64,000 nt of DNA from contig LBPF01000003.1 of assembly GCA_000990005.1 (NCBI GenBank), positions 7,479-71,478 of the forward strand, in the 5' to 3' direction. The stretch is from Candidatus Woesebacteria bacterium GW2011_GWB1_33_38. Its GTDB lineage: Bacteria; Patescibacteriota; Microgenomatia; UBA8517. Made by a program: the position numbers and the translations under genes. The notes beneath the pieces are model-generated. The model did not search any database. It had not been told where the DNA came from and was given only the letters and a program-made list of their open reading frames with translations. This document shows, piece after piece, positions 39,424-48,480 of this stretch. Within the stretch, counting starts at the first letter, position 1. Every line of letters begins with the position of its first letter.

Positions 39424-41790
39424 ATGATTAAAAAGGTAGAAAAAACATTTGAATTAGGTGGTAAAAAAATTACCCTTACAGCAGGAATATTAGCAGAACA
39501 AGCTGATAGTGCTGTTATGGCAAGATTAGGTGATACTGTTGTTTTAGCAACTGTTGCCTCAGCTCCCTTGAAGATGGAAATGGATTATTTTCCACTTTCG
39601 GTTGAATATCAAGAAAAATTATATGCTGGTGGAAAAATAAAAGGTTCACGTTGGGTTAAAAGAGATGGCAGACCAACTGATGAAGAAATTTTGACTGCAA
39701 GATTAATTGATCGTTCCATTAGACCGCTTTTCCCCAAGCTTTACAAAAAAGAAGTCCAAATAATAGTTACAGTTTTATCAGTTGATGGAGAAAATTCTCC
39801 AAGTATTTTAGGCGCAATTGCAGCCTCAGCTGCAGTCCATGCTAGTTATTTACCCTGGAAAGGTCCAGTTGGAGTAGTCAATGTGGGAATGAAAGGATCT
39901 GATTTTATAATTAATCCAACTAATCAAGAATTAGAAAGTTCTGACTTAGACTTAGTTGTTTCTTCAACTAAAACGGCTGTATTAATGATTGAAACTGGGG
40001 CAAAAGAGGTAACCGAAGCTCAAATTGTAGATGGAGTCAAATTAGCTTTTGAAGAAGCTCAAAAAATAAACTCAGCTATTGAAGATTTTATTAAGGAATT
40101 AGACATTAAAAGAGATGTTTATACTGAAGATAGACCGCCTGTGGCGCTAGAAAAACAAGTTCATAAGTTAGTGGATGAGAAAATTCCCGGTCTTGTTAAG
40201 AATATGGCCACACATGAAGGTGCATCTGGTGATTTTATGGAGTTGGTAAATGCAGTAGCCGAAAATTTTGAAAAGATTGAAGAGAAAAAGTTCATCGCAG
40301 AAATTATTGACCACATCAAAAAGGACTATATTAGAGAACAGATTCTTAAAAAAGGTATAAGACCTGACGGTAGAAAATTAACAGAAGTAAGACCACTTAG
40401 CGCCGAAATCTCATTTTTACCCAGAACACATGGATCGGGGTTATTTAAAAGAGGTCAAACTCAAGTTCTTTCAATTGCAACACTCGGAGCTTCCAAGATG
40501 GGACAACTTTTGGAAACTGCAGAAGGTGAAGAAGAAAAGCGTTATATGCATCACTATTCCATGCCTCCTTTTACAACAGGTGAAGTAGGAAGAGTTGGAA
40601 ATCCAGGCAGACGTGAAATTGGTCATGGAGCTTTAGCTGAAAAAGCTTTGATCCCAGTACTTCCCACACAAGAAGAATTCCCATACGCAATTAGAGTAGT
40701 TTCAGAAGTAATGAGTTCAAACGGATCAACATCAATGGCCTCAGTTTGTGGATCATCCCTTGCCTTAATGGATGCAGGAGTTCCAATAAAGGCTCCAGTT
40801 TCAGGTATTGCCATGGGGTTAATTATTGACCTGCCTGCCGGCAGGCAGGTGGCAGACGTTGCAATTCTAACAGACATAATGGGACTTGAAGACTTTAATG
40901 GTGATATGGATTTTAAAGTTGCAGGAACTGAAAAAGGAATTACTGCAATTCAACTTGATGTCAAAACTTTAAGTCTAACCCCTGAAATTTTAGAAAAAGC
41001 ACTGGAACAATCAAAAGTAGGTAGGGCAGAAATATTAAAAGTGATAACAGATACAATAAAAGAACCAAAAAAGACGGTTTCTGCTTTTGCTCCAAAGATA
41101 AAACTTGTAACAATTCCAGTTGAAAAGATTGGAGAACTTATAGGTCCTGGTGGAAAAGTAATCAAGAAGTTAATGGCTGATACTGAGACCGAAGTCGAAG
41201 TAGAGGACGATGGAAAAGTTTCGATATCAGGTATGGATGATGAGAAAATTACAAAAGCAATCAGTTGGATTGAAGGATTGGTTAAAGAAGTACAAGCAGG
41301 GGAAATATATGACGGTGAGGTTGTCAGACTTATGCCTTTTGGAGCGTTTATGAATATACTTCCAGGCAAAGATGGAATGGTTCATGTTTCAGATATGGGA
41401 CAAGTTGGGTTTGTTGCTGATGCTTCTGATGTTGTCAAAATTGGAGACAAAATAAAGGTAAGAGTTAAAAAGATAGATGACATGGGAAGAGTTAATCTTT
41501 CTATGAATATGGATCCCGCAGCAGATGAAAAGGTGGAAAGTTCAAAAAGAGATAGGAATGGTGGAGATAGAAGTGGGGGATTTCCCGCCCGAGGCGGGTC
41601 CTCCTTTGGAGGATCAAGAGGACCAAGAAGAGATTTTTCAGGAGGAGGAAGAGGAGGTTTCTCAAGAGGACCAAGAACAGGTGGATTCCGAGACAATAGA
41701 GGTAATGCCGATAGGCCACTTGAGGGAAGATCATCTGGTCCACATTTTCCAACTTCAAGATACTTCCAAACTGGCCAAAGTTCAGATTGA
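39424..41790 (+). CDS. pnp: polynucleotide phosphorylase with C-terminal RGG/G-rich tail
   Basis: Two RNase PH domains, KH and S1 domains, GDMDFKVAG. Confidence 0.95.
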   Translation: MIKKVEKTFELGGKKITLTAGILAEQADSAVMARLGDTVVLATVASAPLKMEMDYFPLSVEYQEKLYAGGKIKGSRWVKRDGRPTDEEILTARLIDRSIRPLFPKLYKKEVQIIVTVLSVDGENSPSILGAIAASAAVHASYLPWKGPVGVVNVGMKGSDFIINPTNQELESSDLDLVVSSTKTAVLMIETGAKEVTEAQIVDGVKLAFEEAQKINSAIEDFIKELDIKRDVYTEDRPPVALEKQVHKLVDEKIPGLVKNMATHEGASGDFMELVNAVAENFEKIEEKKFIAEIIDHIKKDYIREQILKKGIRPDGRKLTEVRPLSAEISFLPRTHGSGLFKRGQTQVLSIATLGASKMGQLLETAEGEEEKRYMHHYSMPPFTTGEVGRVGNPGRREIGHGALAEKALIPVLPTQEEFPYAIRVVSEVMSSNGSTSMASVCGSSLALMDAGVPIKAPVSGIAMGLIIDLPAGRQVADVAILTDIMGLEDFNGDMDFKVAGTEKGITAIQLDVKTLSLTPEILEKALEQSKVGRAEILKVITDTIKEPKKTVSAFAPKIKLVTIPVEKIGELIGPGGKVIKKLMADTETEVEVEDDGKVSISGMDDEKITKAISWIEGLVKEVQAGEIYDGEVVRLMPFGAFMNILPGKDGMVHVSDMGQVGFVADASDVVKIGDKIKVRVKKIDDMGRVNLSMNMDPAADEKVESSKRDRNGGDRSGGFPARGGSSFGGSRGPRRDFSGGGRGGFSRGPRTGGFRDNRGNADRPLEGRSSGPHFPTSRYFQTGQSSD
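40829..40850. repeat. 22-nt perfect palindrome ACCTGCCTGCC|GGCAGGCAGGT, in-frame in pnp (encodes DLPAGRQ)
   Basis: Read directly; relative to E. coli and B. subtilis PNPase sequences recalled from memory, this position carries about 6 extra residues. Confidence 0.9.
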
Positions 41791-41826
41791 TAAGACTTTT
41801 TCATGTTCGCAATCAGCTAATATGTC

Positions 41827-41867
41827 TGCGCGATGTTTTGCGCGATCATTGCGTGATATGCTATAAT
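41827..41867. promoter_or_regulatory. three direct repeats TGCG[C/T]GAT (41827, 41839, 41850) overlapping a promoter (TATAAT 41862-41867) 6 nt upstream of the fic ATG
   Basis: Read directly; spacing 12 and 11 nt. Confidence 0.4.
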
Positions 41868-41873
41868 TACATC

Positions 41874-42908
41874 ATGTTTAAGCCAAAATACCAAATTACA
41901 AATAAAATCCTATCAGATTTAACTAAAATCGTTGAGATTAAATCGTTAGTTGAAAAAAGCAACATCACACCTGCGAGAGAAATTTTTCTTAAGAAAATTG
42001 CGACTATTGGTATGACACACTCTTCAACCAGCATTGAGGGAAATACTCTTGATGAATACCAAGTTAGAATGCTAGCTGATGGTGAAAAAGTTGTGGCTGA
42101 CAATAAACAGATTTTAGAAGTTGAAAATTATTTAAAATCTTTGGAATTAATTGATAAAATTCATGAATCTAAAAAGTCTTTTGGTGAAAAAGAAATACTA
42201 GATATACATAAATCAGTAACTACAGGACTAATCGACAAAAATAAAGTTGGAGTTTTTAGGTGTGGCCCAGTTTACATCATGAACATATCATTGTTTGGAC
42301 ACCGAGAATTGGTATATACACCACCAAAATTTAACAAAGTCGAATCATTAATAAAAGACTTGCTAGAATGGATGAACGAAGAAGATGGTATTCATCCAAT
42401 TATAAAAGCAGGTATCTTTCACTATCAATATGTCTCAATCCACCCCTTTACTGATGGTAATGGTAGGTCAACAAGGCTTTTAACCTTACTCTATTTATAT
42501 CAAAAAGGATATGTTTTTAAAAAGTCGATGATTTTAGATAATTTTTACAATAATGACAGAAAAAGGTATTATCAAAATTTACAAACAGGAGTAGATTTTA
42601 AATCGAGAGAAAATGCAGATTTAACAAATTGGCTTGAGTATTTTACAGAAGGATTTTTATTTGAAGCTCAAAAGGTAAAGGATTTGATATTATCATTTTC
42701 AAAAAAATCAAAAGCATCAGTTGTTTTAAATAAAGACGAATTAAAGATAGTTGACTTTGTAGTAAATTTAGGAAAGATTACGAGCGATGAGGTTGTAAAT
42801 ATTTTAAGTGTCCCAAAAAGAACAGCACAAGACAAACTTAAAAAGTTAGTGGATTTAAAAGTTTTAAAGAAAAAAGGCTCTGGCCCTAACACTTATTACA
42901 TAACTTAA
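41874..42908 (+). CDS. fic: Fic/Doc-family protein with C-terminal winged helix
   Basis: HPFTDGNGRSTR Fic motif; ATG at 41874. Confidence 0.8.
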   Translation: MFKPKYQITNKILSDLTKIVEIKSLVEKSNITPAREIFLKKIATIGMTHSSTSIEGNTLDEYQVRMLADGEKVVADNKQILEVENYLKSLELIDKIHESKKSFGEKEILDIHKSVTTGLIDKNKVGVFRCGPVYIMNISLFGHRELVYTPPKFNKVESLIKDLLEWMNEEDGIHPIIKAGIFHYQYVSIHPFTDGNGRSTRLLTLLYLYQKGYVFKKSMILDNFYNNDRKRYYQNLQTGVDFKSRENADLTNWLEYFTEGFLFEAQKVKDLILSFSKKSKASVVLNKDELKIVDFVVNLGKITSDEVVNILSVPKRTAQDKLKKLVDLKVLKKKGSGPNTYYIT

Positions 42909-43513
42909 TGAAAAAAAGGATAATTTTATTTGACATTGACAGAACGATTTTTGATACAGACAAGCTATTGAGGCTTCAAAGCGAAAATATCTCAAAAGTT
43001 GTAAATGCAGAGAGGTTCAAAGAGTTTTGGGATAGCACTCTTTCTGGAGAAAAGCATATTACATCTGAAGAACGACTAAATTTAATTTGTTCAAAATTCA
43101 ATATTAAAAACTCTAAATTATTATCGAATATTTTTTTTGGAAAAGAATATAAATATATTTATAGCGACTCTGTTTATCTTGAAACGCGTGTAGTTTTTGA
43201 TAAATTAAAAAGTAAATATCGATTGGGAATATATTCAGAAGGAACCGCAAAGTTTCAAAATCATAAATTTAGGTCATTAGGTTTAGATAGATATTTTGAC
43301 AATGATTTAATTTTTATAGTTGATGCAAAAGATACAAAAGAAGTTTTAAATAAAATTCCAAAAGATGCAATTATAGTTGATGATAAAGAAACCATTTGTG
43401 GATTTTTAACCAAAAACGACATCAGAGCTATTTGGTTAAATAGAAAAGATAACAGAAAAAGTGATAAATTTGAAACTATATACTCACTTTTTGATCTTCT
43501 AGACGTGTTATAA
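42908..43513 (+). CDS. HAD-superfamily hydrolase-like protein
   Basis: N-terminal FDIDRT (DxDxT) motif. Confidence 0.5.
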   Translation: MKKRIILFDIDRTIFDTDKLLRLQSENISKVVNAERFKEFWDSTLSGEKHITSEERLNLICSKFNIKNSKLLSNIFFGKEYKYIYSDSVYLETRVVFDKLKSKYRLGIYSEGTAKFQNHKFRSLGLDRYFDNDLIFIVDAKDTKEVLNKIPKDAIIVDDKETICGFLTKNDIRAIWLNRKDNRKSDKFETIYSLFDLLDVL

Positions 43514-43521
43514 TTTTAATC

Positions 43522-44571
43522 ATGTCAGATACTGCCTTTGATGAGATTAATTTACTTGGGGAAAAAGTCAAAACTTCTACTGTCCCCGATGAACTAAAAG
43601 CTTCTGTACAAATTAGACTTGAACAATTAAAAAAATTAACAAATTCCCCCACCTTTTTACCTGAATATGACAGGATGAATAAATACATTGATTGGATTAC
43701 TATTTTGCCATGGAACACAAAATCTCAAGATAATCTGGATTTAGTTAATGCTAAAAAAATTCTTGACCAACACCATTTTGGATTGGAAGAAATAAAGGAA
43801 AGAGTTTTGGAGTATCTAGCTGTTATGAAACTAAAACAGGAAAAAGGGGAGAGTCAAGATATTTATAGAGCTCCAATCCTTTGTTTTGTTGGATTGGTTG
43901 GAACTGGAAAAACAACTATCGCTTTTTCAATTGCAGAAGCCTTGGGCCGAAAAATTGCCCGTATCCCCTTTGGAGGTATGGGAGATCCATTAGACTTAAG
44001 GGGGCAGAGTAAAATGCATGCTGAAGCAGAGCCTGGGAAAATTATTAAAGCACTAAGGGACACTGGAACTAGAAATTCTGTAATACTACTCGATGAAATT
44101 GATAGGGTAACAGATCAAGGAAGAGCGTCAATTATGGGTGTTTTGGTTGAACTTTTAGATCCTGGACAAAACCATGCTTTTACTGATCATTATATTGATT
44201 ATCCTGTAAATCTTTCAGAATGTATTTTTATAGCAACTGCCAACAATACAACAAATATCTCAACAGCTGTTATGGACAGAATTGAGCCAATTATGATGCC
44301 TAGCTATACTGATCAAGAAAAAATAACAATAGGCCAGAAATATGTATTTCCAAGAGTAATGAAAGCTGCTGGACTTCCTGCAGAGTCTTTAAAAATTGAT
44401 GATGATATTTGGGCCAATTTAGTTAGACCTTTAGGATATGATGCTGGAATTCGTACGATGGAAAGGACAATTGGAGGAGTTGTTAGAAAAGTTGCAAGAT
44501 TAATGGTTGAAGGAAAGGGCACAGAGTTTCATGTTACTTCACAAAACGTCAAAGAGTTCCTGCCACAGTAG
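43522..44571 (+). CDS. Lon-like AAA+ ATPase module with no N domain and no protease domain
   Basis: YIDWITILPWN, GLVGTGKTT, LLDEID, LDPGQNHAFTDHY, MDRIE; ends before the Ser-Lys protease domain. Confidence 0.7.
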   Translation: MSDTAFDEINLLGEKVKTSTVPDELKASVQIRLEQLKKLTNSPTFLPEYDRMNKYIDWITILPWNTKSQDNLDLVNAKKILDQHHFGLEEIKERVLEYLAVMKLKQEKGESQDIYRAPILCFVGLVGTGKTTIAFSIAEALGRKIARIPFGGMGDPLDLRGQSKMHAEAEPGKIIKALRDTGTRNSVILLDEIDRVTDQGRASIMGVLVELLDPGQNHAFTDHYIDYPVNLSECIFIATANNTTNISTAVMDRIEPIMMPSYTDQEKITIGQKYVFPRVMKAAGLPAESLKIDDDIWANLVRPLGYDAGIRTMERTIGGVVRKVARLMVEGKGTEFHVTSQNVKEFLPQ

Positions 44572-44599
44572 TTTAGGAAGTTTTTGATATACTGACCTT

Positions 44600-45025
44600 G
44601 TGAAAATTGTAATAATTGGGGATTCACATAACAACGTTTCCAACTTAAAATATGTTATGGGATTTGCAAAGAAAATTAGGGCAGGTGCGATAATTCATAC
44701 AGGAGATTGGAATAATTTTGACAATATAAAAATAGTATCAGATTATGCCATTCCATTGTATTCGTGTCTTGGTAATGCTGATATTGATCCAAATTTTAAA
44801 TTTAAAGAGGAATTAGAAATTGAACTAGATAGTTTAAAAATTGGAATTTGTCATTCAATTAAAAATTGTAAATTGAAAATTAAAAATTTAGACGTAGTCT
44901 TCTGTGGGCATACACACAAACAAGGGCAAGAAAAAAATGTTATAAATCCCGGGGCATTAGAAAACGGCATTAACTTTGCAATTTTTGATACAAAGACCAA
45001 AGGTGTAGAATTTATCCAAGAATAA
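44600..45025 (+). CDS. YfcE/MJ0936-like metallophosphoesterase
   Basis: IIGDSHN...HTGDW...CGHTHK motifs. Confidence 0.65.
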   Translation: MKIVIIGDSHNNVSNLKYVMGFAKKIRAGAIIHTGDWNNFDNIKIVSDYAIPLYSCLGNADIDPNFKFKEELEIELDSLKIGICHSIKNCKLKIKNLDVVFCGHTHKQGQEKNVINPGALENGINFAIFDTKTKGVEFIQE

Positions 45026-45033
45026 ATTAGGGC

Positions 45034-45069
45034 TTGACATATATACATATTATGTATAGTATATGTATA
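45034..45069. promoter_or_regulatory. promoter (TTGACA 45034-45039, TAGTAT 45057-45062) with palindrome ATACATA-t-TATGTAT and TATGTATA direct repeats; RHH-PIN operator candidate
   Basis: Read directly; the ATG at 45063 or 45069 would lie at the 5' end of the transcript. Confidence 0.4.
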
Positions 45070-45311
45070 TGTTAACTCAAACTTTTAATATATCATTACC
45101 TAATGATTTAGTAAAAAAAGCCGATTTGGTTGCAAAAAGAGAATATAGGAATAGAAGCGAACTTATTAAAGAAGCACTTCGGACATATTTATTTAACAAA
45201 CTCTCGTGGGAGGAACTATTTGTGTATGGAAAAAAGATGGGTAAAAAAATAGGAATAAGTAGCGAGGAAGATATCTTTGAAAAATTAAATAATTATCGAA
45301 ATGGAAGCTAA
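45063..45311 (+). CDS. ribbon-helix-helix (CopG/ParD-like) antitoxin
   Basis: 82 aa; NISLPNDLVKKADLVAKREYRNRSELIKEALR. Confidence 0.5.
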   Translation: MYMLTQTFNISLPNDLVKKADLVAKREYRNRSELIKEALRTYLFNKLSWEELFVYGKKMGKKIGISSEEDIFEKLNNYRNGS

Positions 45312-45720
45312 TCTTCCTAGAATTACAATAGATACAAATGTCATTGTTTCTGCCTTAGTTTTTGGTGGGAATTCAAAAGCAATAATAGAAAAATTAATTA
45401 AAAGTGAATTTATAGCTTACACCTCACCTCAACTTATTTCAGAATTGCTGGAAATTTTACTCCAAAAGTTTAATTTCTCAGATGAGATGACTAAAAAAGT
45501 TGAGGTGCAAATAAATTCACTTTTTCATATTATCTATCCTGCTGTAGAAGTAAACATAGCTAGAGATAGAGATGATAACAGGGTATTAGAAGTAGCCGAA
45601 GAAAGCGAAAGTTCGATTATAGTTACCGGAGATAAAGATTTATTGTCACTGAAAGTTTACAAAAACATCATTATAATGAATCCAAAGACATTTCTTACCT
45701 TTTTAAATTTAAATGACTAA
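45301..45720 (+). CDS. PIN-family toxin-antitoxin toxin component
   Basis: ITIDTNVIVSALVFGG...VTGDKDLL; overlaps the antitoxin gene. Confidence 0.65.
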   Translation: MEANLPRITIDTNVIVSALVFGGNSKAIIEKLIKSEFIAYTSPQLISELLEILLQKFNFSDEMTKKVEVQINSLFHIIYPAVEVNIARDRDDNRVLEVAEESESSIIVTGDKDLLSLKVYKNIIIMNPKTFLTFLNLND

Positions 45721-46294
45721 ATATGAGGCCTTGCATAAACTAAAAGATGATATGGAAAAGGATGATTCACTTCCGCTTAAAAAAGGTGCTGGAAAACTCG
45801 TATTTGGATCTGGGAATACTGAAGCAAAAATACTTTTATGTGGTGAGGGTCCAGGAAGACAGGAAGATTTGCAGGGTTTACCTTTTGTTGGACAGGCAGG
45901 AAAACTATTAGATAAATTATTATTGCTGGCCGGACTTGAAAGAAAAGAGGTTTTTGTTACAAACGTTGTTCATCACAGACCTCCAGAAAACAGAGATCCA
46001 CTACCAGAAGAAATAACTAGCTATGGTAAGTATCTTGATCAGATAATAAATATCTTAAATCCTAAAGTAATAATTACATTGGGTCGTTTTTCTATGGCAA
46101 AGTTTTTACCCAATGTATTTATTAGTCAAGTTCATGGTAAAAAACATGACATAATCTGGAAAGATAAAAAAATTATTGTTTTTCCCATGTATCACCCCGC
46201 AGCATCTTTAAGAAATGGGAATATTTTAAGACAAGAACAAAAAGACTTCTTACAATTAAAAGATACTTTGTATATAATGGGGTTAGTTAAATGA
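45713..46294 (+). CDS. udg: uracil-DNA glycosylase, family 4
   Basis: GEGPGRQEDLQGLPFVGQAGKLLDKLL...VFVTNVVHHRPPENRDP. Confidence 0.8.
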   Translation: MTKYEALHKLKDDMEKDDSLPLKKGAGKLVFGSGNTEAKILLCGEGPGRQEDLQGLPFVGQAGKLLDKLLLLAGLERKEVFVTNVVHHRPPENRDPLPEEITSYGKYLDQIINILNPKVIITLGRFSMAKFLPNVFISQVHGKKHDIIWKDKKIIVFPMYHPAASLRNGNILRQEQKDFLQLKDTLYIMGLVK

Positions 46295-47982
46295 AACCTT
46301 CTTTAAAATTCATAGCTCTTTCAGGTACCACTGATGTTACAGAGAATTTATATGTTTACGAATACCTGCCTGACGGCAGGCAGGTGAAGGACATGGTTAT
46401 TTTGGATTGTGGTGTAGGTTTTCCTGACTTGGAAATGCCAGGTGTAGAATTAGTCCTTCCTGATTTTTCATATATAGTCAAAAATAAAAGTAAACTTCGA
46501 GGTATTGTCGTCTCTCAAGGACATGATGATCATGTCGGAGCTTTGCCATTTTTACTTCGAGATCTAGCTGCACAAGGTGGTCAAGTTCCTCCTATTTGGT
46601 GCCCACCAATTGTCACAGAATTTTTAAAAGTTAAGTTTAAGGATTATCAAATAGTTAATTACAAGCTAAATACATTTAATCCTGACAGAGATACATTTGA
46701 AGTTGGGGCATTTAAGTTTTCTCCTTTTAGGGTTGCTCATTCTGTACCTGATACTGTAGGTTATGCAATAGATACACCAGCTGGTAGAACATTTCATGTA
46801 GCAGAACATAAAATGGACCAAAATTCTACTGATGGAATGAATTTTGATACTAATAAATGCAAAAGTTTAGCAGCTGAAAAACCTGTACTTTGTCTGATGT
46901 CTGATTGTTTAGGTTCAAATGATCCAGGTATGGCTCCGTCTGGGGTTGAAATAGAAGAAAACATGTTTAATATTGCTAAAAATGCATCTCAAGCTTTGTA
47001 TATGACCGCGATTTCTTCATCTATTGGTAGATTTCAGCAAATGATGAATGTGGCCAAGAGATTAAATCGAAAAGTAGTTTTAGTTGGAAGGTCAGTCCAA
47101 AGCAAAATTGAGATTGCTTATAATTTAAAATACATTAAATACTTACCAGGTCAAATCGTTGACCTAAGAGAAACTCAGAAATATAATTCTAGTAAGTTAA
47201 TGTACATTATTGCTGGTTGTTATGGCCAACCTGGAAGTTCTGTTTATAGATTGGCTTTAAGTGAACACGAGAGAGTACACATAAATGAAAACGATATGTT
47301 TATTTTTTCTGCAGATCCTGGACCTGCTTATTCCAAAGAATCAATTGACTTTATAGTAGATAAACTAACAGACATTGGTGTTGATGTTCATTATTATGAT
47401 TTGCATGAAGGTCTTCATGTCTCAGGCCATGGAACTCAGGGAGATATTACTGAGCTTTTCAAAATTGTAAATCCTAAATATTTTGTTCCAACAGGTGGAA
47501 CAATTAGATATATGAAGGCATATGAAAAATTGGCAGTTAAATTTGGAGCGAAAGCTGAAAATGTACTTCGTCTTAAACCTGGAGAAAGCGTTATATTTAA
47601 CAATGAAGAAGTTAAAAAAGGAGAGACAATTGCAGTAAAAGAGGTTTTTGTGCATGGTTTAGGGGTTGGAGATATTGGTAAGGTTGTTTTAGAAGATAGG
47701 ACTTTACTTGGGGATGAAGGGATAGTTGTTGTTGCGATTAAAATTAATAAAGATAAAAAGGTAGTAGCTAGACCTGAACTTACCAGTCGTGGTTTTGTTT
47801 TTCAACAGAAATTTGGAGGAATTTTAGATGGTGGAGAACAGGAACTATTTAATCTTTTGCAGAAAAAAGATTTAAAAGATATTTCCACGATGAAAAACTT
47901 CTCAATTCAAGTCTTAGAAAAATATTTCTTTGATAAAACCCGTCGCCAGCCAATGATCTTGCCTGTGGTGGTTGAAGTTTAA
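46291..47982 (+). CDS. rnj: ribonuclease J
   Basis: Metallo-beta-lactamase HxHxDH (SQGHDDHVGA), beta-CASP domain, C-terminal domain. Confidence 0.9.
   Translation: MKPSLKFIALSGTTDVTENLYVYEYLPDGRQVKDMVILDCGVGFPDLEMPGVELVLPDFSYIVKNKSKLRGIVVSQGHDDHVGALPFLLRDLAAQGGQVPPIWCPPIVTEFLKVKFKDYQIVNYKLNTFNPDRDTFEVGAFKFSPFRVAHSVPDTVGYAIDTPAGRTFHVAEHKMDQNSTDGMNFDTNKCKSLAAEKPVLCLMSDCLGSNDPGMAPSGVEIEENMFNIAKNASQALYMTAISSSIGRFQQMMNVAKRLNRKVVLVGRSVQSKIEIAYNLKYIKYLPGQIVDLRETQKYNSSKLMYIIAGCYGQPGSSVYRLALSEHERVHINENDMFIFSADPGPAYSKESIDFIVDKLTDIGVDVHYYDLHEGLHVSGHGTQGDITELFKIVNPKYFVPTGGTIRYMKAYEKLAVKFGAKAENVLRLKPGESVIFNNEEVKKGETIAVKEVFVHGLGVGDIGKVVLEDRTLLGDEGIVVVAIKINKDKKVVARPELTSRGFVFQQKFGGILDGGEQELFNLLQKKDLKDISTMKNFSIQVLEKYFFDKTRRQPMILPVVVEV
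46364..46385. repeat. palindrome ACCTGCCTG-acgg-CAGGCAGGT (9-bp arms), in-frame in rnj (encodes YLPDGRQV)
   Basis: Read directly; relative to B. subtilis RnjA recalled from memory, about 6 extra residues. Confidence 0.9.
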
Positions 47983-48212
47983 TTCTTTGACCCTTTAATA
48001 TTTTTAGTTGATGCTTTAAAGGCAAGAAACCAGGCTAACCCTATAAAAATAATTGTAATAACTTGTAAGTATTGATTTGTTAGGCTCATTTTCTCATCCT
48101 TTTTATTTGTTTTGCATCTTTAAAAAAAACAAAGTATACAATAAACAATACAATACAACTAAAGATGGCTGCCATTAAATATATTGTGTAAAATCTATCT
48201 GGGTTAATCATC

Positions 48213-48413
48213 TTATTGATCCTTTACTAATGATATAGAAAATAAAGCAAATATTCCACTTATTGAAAAAGTAACCAAAACAGAACCAATAAATTTTGAA
48301 TCAAAATCTGTGCTGATAAATAACGGAGCAATAATTCCTGCCGTGAACCAGGCTATTGATAAATTTCCCAAGATCTCGGCAGTTTGTTTTAGTTGACCAT
48401 TTGAAAATGTCAT
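48213..48413 (-). CDS. small hydrophobic protein, first of three coupled small membrane ORFs (the others are 48086-48211 and 47979-48089)
   Basis: 66 aa, two TM helices; ATGA-type coupling to the next ORFs. Confidence 0.25.
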   Translation of the reverse strand: MTFSNGQLKQTAEILGNLSIAWFTAGIIAPLFISTDFDSKFIGSVLVTFSISGIFALFSISLVKDQ

Positions 48414-48480
48414 ATTAAATAAATAATATCATAATCATTAAATCACTAGCTACAAATTCAAAAAGTTGATATGATGTTAT

